Source: Polyangiales bacterium
GTDB taxonomy: Bacteria > Myxococcota_A > Polyangia > Polyangiales > Ga0077539
DNA length: 64,000 bases
Reading direction: 5' to 3'
NCBI GenBank assembly: GCA_044229975.1
Contig: JBGARZ010000014.1
Span: 1 to 64,000 of the forward strand
Shown here: in pieces, positions 62,501-64,000 of the stretch
How the letters are laid out: each line of letters begins with the position of its first letter
How positions within the stretch are numbered: position 1 is the first letter of the stretch
Notes under the pieces: generated by a model
Seen by the model: the letters and a program-made list of their open reading frames with translations, nothing else
The model's database searches: none
What the model was told of the DNA's origin: nothing
Translations under genes and position numbers: made by a program

Positions 62501-63391
62501 GCGGACCGCGCGCGCACTGGCCTCGCGATGGAGTTCTACCTCGAAGGTCAGGTGGCGCGGGGCGACGCGCAGCTCGGGGCGATCACCCAGACCCCCGAGG
62601 TGCTGGCGGCGGAAGACCCCGCTGCGGCGTGCATGTTCTACAACGCTCGCGCGACCCGGGCGGTGGCGCAGGGGCGGCTGTTCTCCCACGCGAGCGAGGC
62701 GGCCCTGGGGCTCGACATCGCGATGCGCGCGGGCGACCGCTTCCTCGCCGGGGCCTGCTACGGCTCGGCGGTCAACGCCCTCTCTCAGCTCGGGCAGAAC
62801 GCCCTCTGCGAGCGCCGACTCGCGGAGGCCGCCGCCTACTGTGACGCGTACGGCACCGGCCCGCTGCGGGCGCGCGTCGTCCTGGCGCGGTCGGCCTACT
62901 ACCTCGCTGGCGGCCGCCTCCGTGAGGCCCTCGCCGAGGGGCGACGGGCGCAGTCACTCCTCGCCTCCGAGGAGCGGCGCCTCCCTCAGGCGCACCTCGT
63001 CGTCCTCCGGTCCCTGATCGAGCTGGGCGAGACCGACGAGGCTGCCCGCCTGCTCGAATCGCTCGCCCCGCAGCTCGCCGCCGTGCCCGTCTTGCGTGCC
63101 GTGCGCGCGCTCCTCCTCTTGCGAACGGGCGACCCCGCCGCGGCCTGGACCGAGGCCCGCGCGGCGCGGTCGTTGTTGGAAGGCCACCTGCGCCTGTACG
63201 AGTTGTTCGCCATTCTGACGGCCTACGACGCGGCCGTCGCGCTCGGCGATCGGGACGGGGCGCGCACGACGCTGGCCGAGGCGCGCGCGGCCTACGACCT
63301 CATCGCCAGCGACGCGCCCGACGAGGAGGCGCGGCGCCAGCTCGGGCGCAACGTGGTCGACCACGCCAGGCTGCTGGCGCTCTGCTCGTAG
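59543..63391 (+). CDS. Ser/Thr kinase + AAA_16 (STAND-like) ATPase + helical/TPR-like sensor
   Basis: HRDVKPAN, DFGIAR, GTPGYMAPEQ; CVGRERELA, AGAGKSRL, VLDDAHWSD, GGNAFYLEEL. Confidence 0.88.
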   Translation: MMQPGDTVGGRFAIEAAAGGGGMGSIFRAADLATGATVALKVLRSDLGDASRFERESKVLSSLEHPAVVRYVAHGLRPDGSPWLAMEWLAGEDLATRLTRSPLTAVESLSLCARAAQGLAAAHALGVVHRDVKPANLLLVDGDPLKVKVLDFGIARRVDRATRAATGTGMLLGTPGYMAPEQARGDRDIDRRADLYALGCVLYECLTGAPAFRADNPLALLASVLLADPPRLRDAVPDAPEALDALVTSLLAKDPSERPDDATELALRLTELARVEAESGPRLVAPRPSSSLSTGERRVLCAVLAVDPTIFDTPPIAPDFEAAPTASLGPDLIARGQLEGLRARYLGPEARVECLADGTVIFASQGATSAETARAARLALALQTALPGRVIVLAAGHGTHASRNPLGAVIERAVSLARLRPDGVVLDENAAALLHDRCRLRMTPQGAVLVDDHGDDARPVLGVSTPCVGRERELALLGATFAECAADEVARAVIVTAVAGAGKSRLRREFLATLAAKDEPPRVWSARADVLAADSPLAPLGALIRSAAGIVGSSTQEAERAALAALAGRYCADDARRTTLFLAELAGLELDPEGDAALIAARHDPKLMFEQTRGALVRLLTGACASGPLVLVLDDAHWSDGASLLFLDHAMRELRERPLMVIAFARPEIIERFPKLWAEHTVQELRLSPLTRRACERLVQRVLGDVAPEKMARLIDRAGGNAFYLEELLRAVSSGASELPETVLAVVQARLSSLSPEARRALRAASVFGESCWSAGVEALLSEPARSTPSADLLDELCAREVLARASTSRFAGSVEYRFHHALVHAASYAMLTPEDRALGHGLAAEWLLGVGEADPLVLANHFEAAGQRARAATYLVAAAEGAVAANNSEAALVHAGRAEGLAGDDHAVIGAVALIHVQADFYAGRYESSVRRGLELMSRSTPAAPGWCHAAMIVAASMGRSRQVERLDVIEAALAAADPATVHPAADRARTGLAMEFYLEGQVARGDAQLGAITQTPEVLAAEDPAAACMFYNARATRAVAQGRLFSHASEAALGLDIAMRAGDRFLAGACYGSAVNALSQLGQNALCERRLAEAAAYCDAYGTGPLRARVVLARSAYYLAGGRLREALAEGRRAQSLLASEERRLPQAHLVVLRSLIELGETDEAARLLESLAPQLAAVPVLRAVRALLLLRTGDPAAAWTEARAARSLLEGHLRLYELFAILTAYDAAVALGDRDGARTTLAEARAAYDLIASDAPDEEARRQLGRNVVDHARLLALCS

Positions 63392-63394
63392 CGT

Positions 63395-63964
63395 TCAGCG
63401 CCCGCGGAGCTTGCGGGTGAGGTCGGCAAGGTTGGCGAGTAGTTCGCTGACGTACTTCTTCGTGTCGGCGTCGGTGAGGTTGCCCTCGGCGTCGAACTTG
63501 TCGGGCGCCTTCGCGACGTACACCTCGGGCTTGGGCACCACGAACATCCCGGCGCCCACGCAGACCTCCTTCAGGTGGGTCTGGCCGCGCACGGTGCCGT
63601 GCATGCCGGGCGAGGCGCCGAGGGTGGCGACGGCCTTCTTCGCCAGCGGCGGCGACGGCGGGCGCGAGGCCCAGTCGATGGCGTTCTTGAGCACGCCGGG
63701 GATCGAGTAGTTGTACTCGGGGGTCACGAAGAGAATCGCGTCGGCCTGCTCGATGGCCGCGCGAAACGCCGCCGTCGACTCGGGGTAACCCTTCTCGCGG
63801 AGGTCCTCGTTGTAGAGGGGGATGTCCCCGAGCTCGAAGGTGGTGAGCGTCGCGCCGGGCGGGAGCAGGTGGGCGCAGGCGGCGAGGAGCTTCTTGTTCC
63901 ACGACTGGGCGCGGAGGCTGCCGGGGATGCCGAGGATGGACACGGGGGAGGGAGAGTCGCTCAT
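63395..63964 (-). CDS. NAD(P)H-dependent FMN reductase (ChrR-like)
   Basis: GSLRAQSWN, IPLYNED, TPEYNYSIPGVLKNAIDWASRP, GASPG. Confidence 0.92.
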   Translation of the reverse strand: MSDSPSPVSILGIPGSLRAQSWNKKLLAACAHLLPPGATLTTFELGDIPLYNEDLREKGYPESTAAFRAAIEQADAILFVTPEYNYSIPGVLKNAIDWASRPPSPPLAKKAVATLGASPGMHGTVRGQTHLKEVCVGAGMFVVPKPEVYVAKAPDKFDAEGNLTDADTKKYVSELLANLADLTRKLRGR

Positions 63965-64000
63965 GGCGCGGGACGATACCCGAGAGACAACCGAGCGGGG

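Noticed and set aside
63395..63964. FMN reductase as a substitute for BoxA
   Set aside because: Opposite strand, about 4 kb away, no Fe-S motifs; a common stand-alone family

Overview
High-GC window, most likely from a myxobacterium (Myxococcota). The taxonomy is inferred from four Hanks-type Ser/Thr kinases, a PEGA/TPR protein, a ZnR-GYF GltJ/AgmX-like protein, an FHA-AAA+ regulator and a Cys-rich lipoprotein. About 50 CDS and one tRNA-Arg(CCG) are supported. Housekeeping genes include hisG, murA, amtB, tmk, a leuB-like gene, argH and pepA. Accessory modules include a split PEP-utiliser/RPH-like phosphotransferase with an MFS pump, an orphan vgrG-DUF2169-pentapeptide-DUF3540-DUF4150 T6SS spike island followed by an SPFH/Imm21-like fusion, a boxR-boxC-boxB benzoyl-CoA epoxidase unit without boxA, a metacaspase and an AckA-PduL fusion. 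The strongest novelty candidate is a JmjC/cupin 2OG-Fe(II) enzyme whose HxD metal motif is replaced by HxA, the signature of radical halogenases; it is translationally coupled to a DedA/VTT membrane protein. Also notable are a Tat-exported protein of three exact-period 40-aa Trp-rich repeats, an orphan SctQ-like gene with a candidate internal start, and two long intergenic inverted-repeat elements. No CRISPR array, rRNA, integrase or transposase was seen. All family calls come from motif recognition by eye, not database searches.
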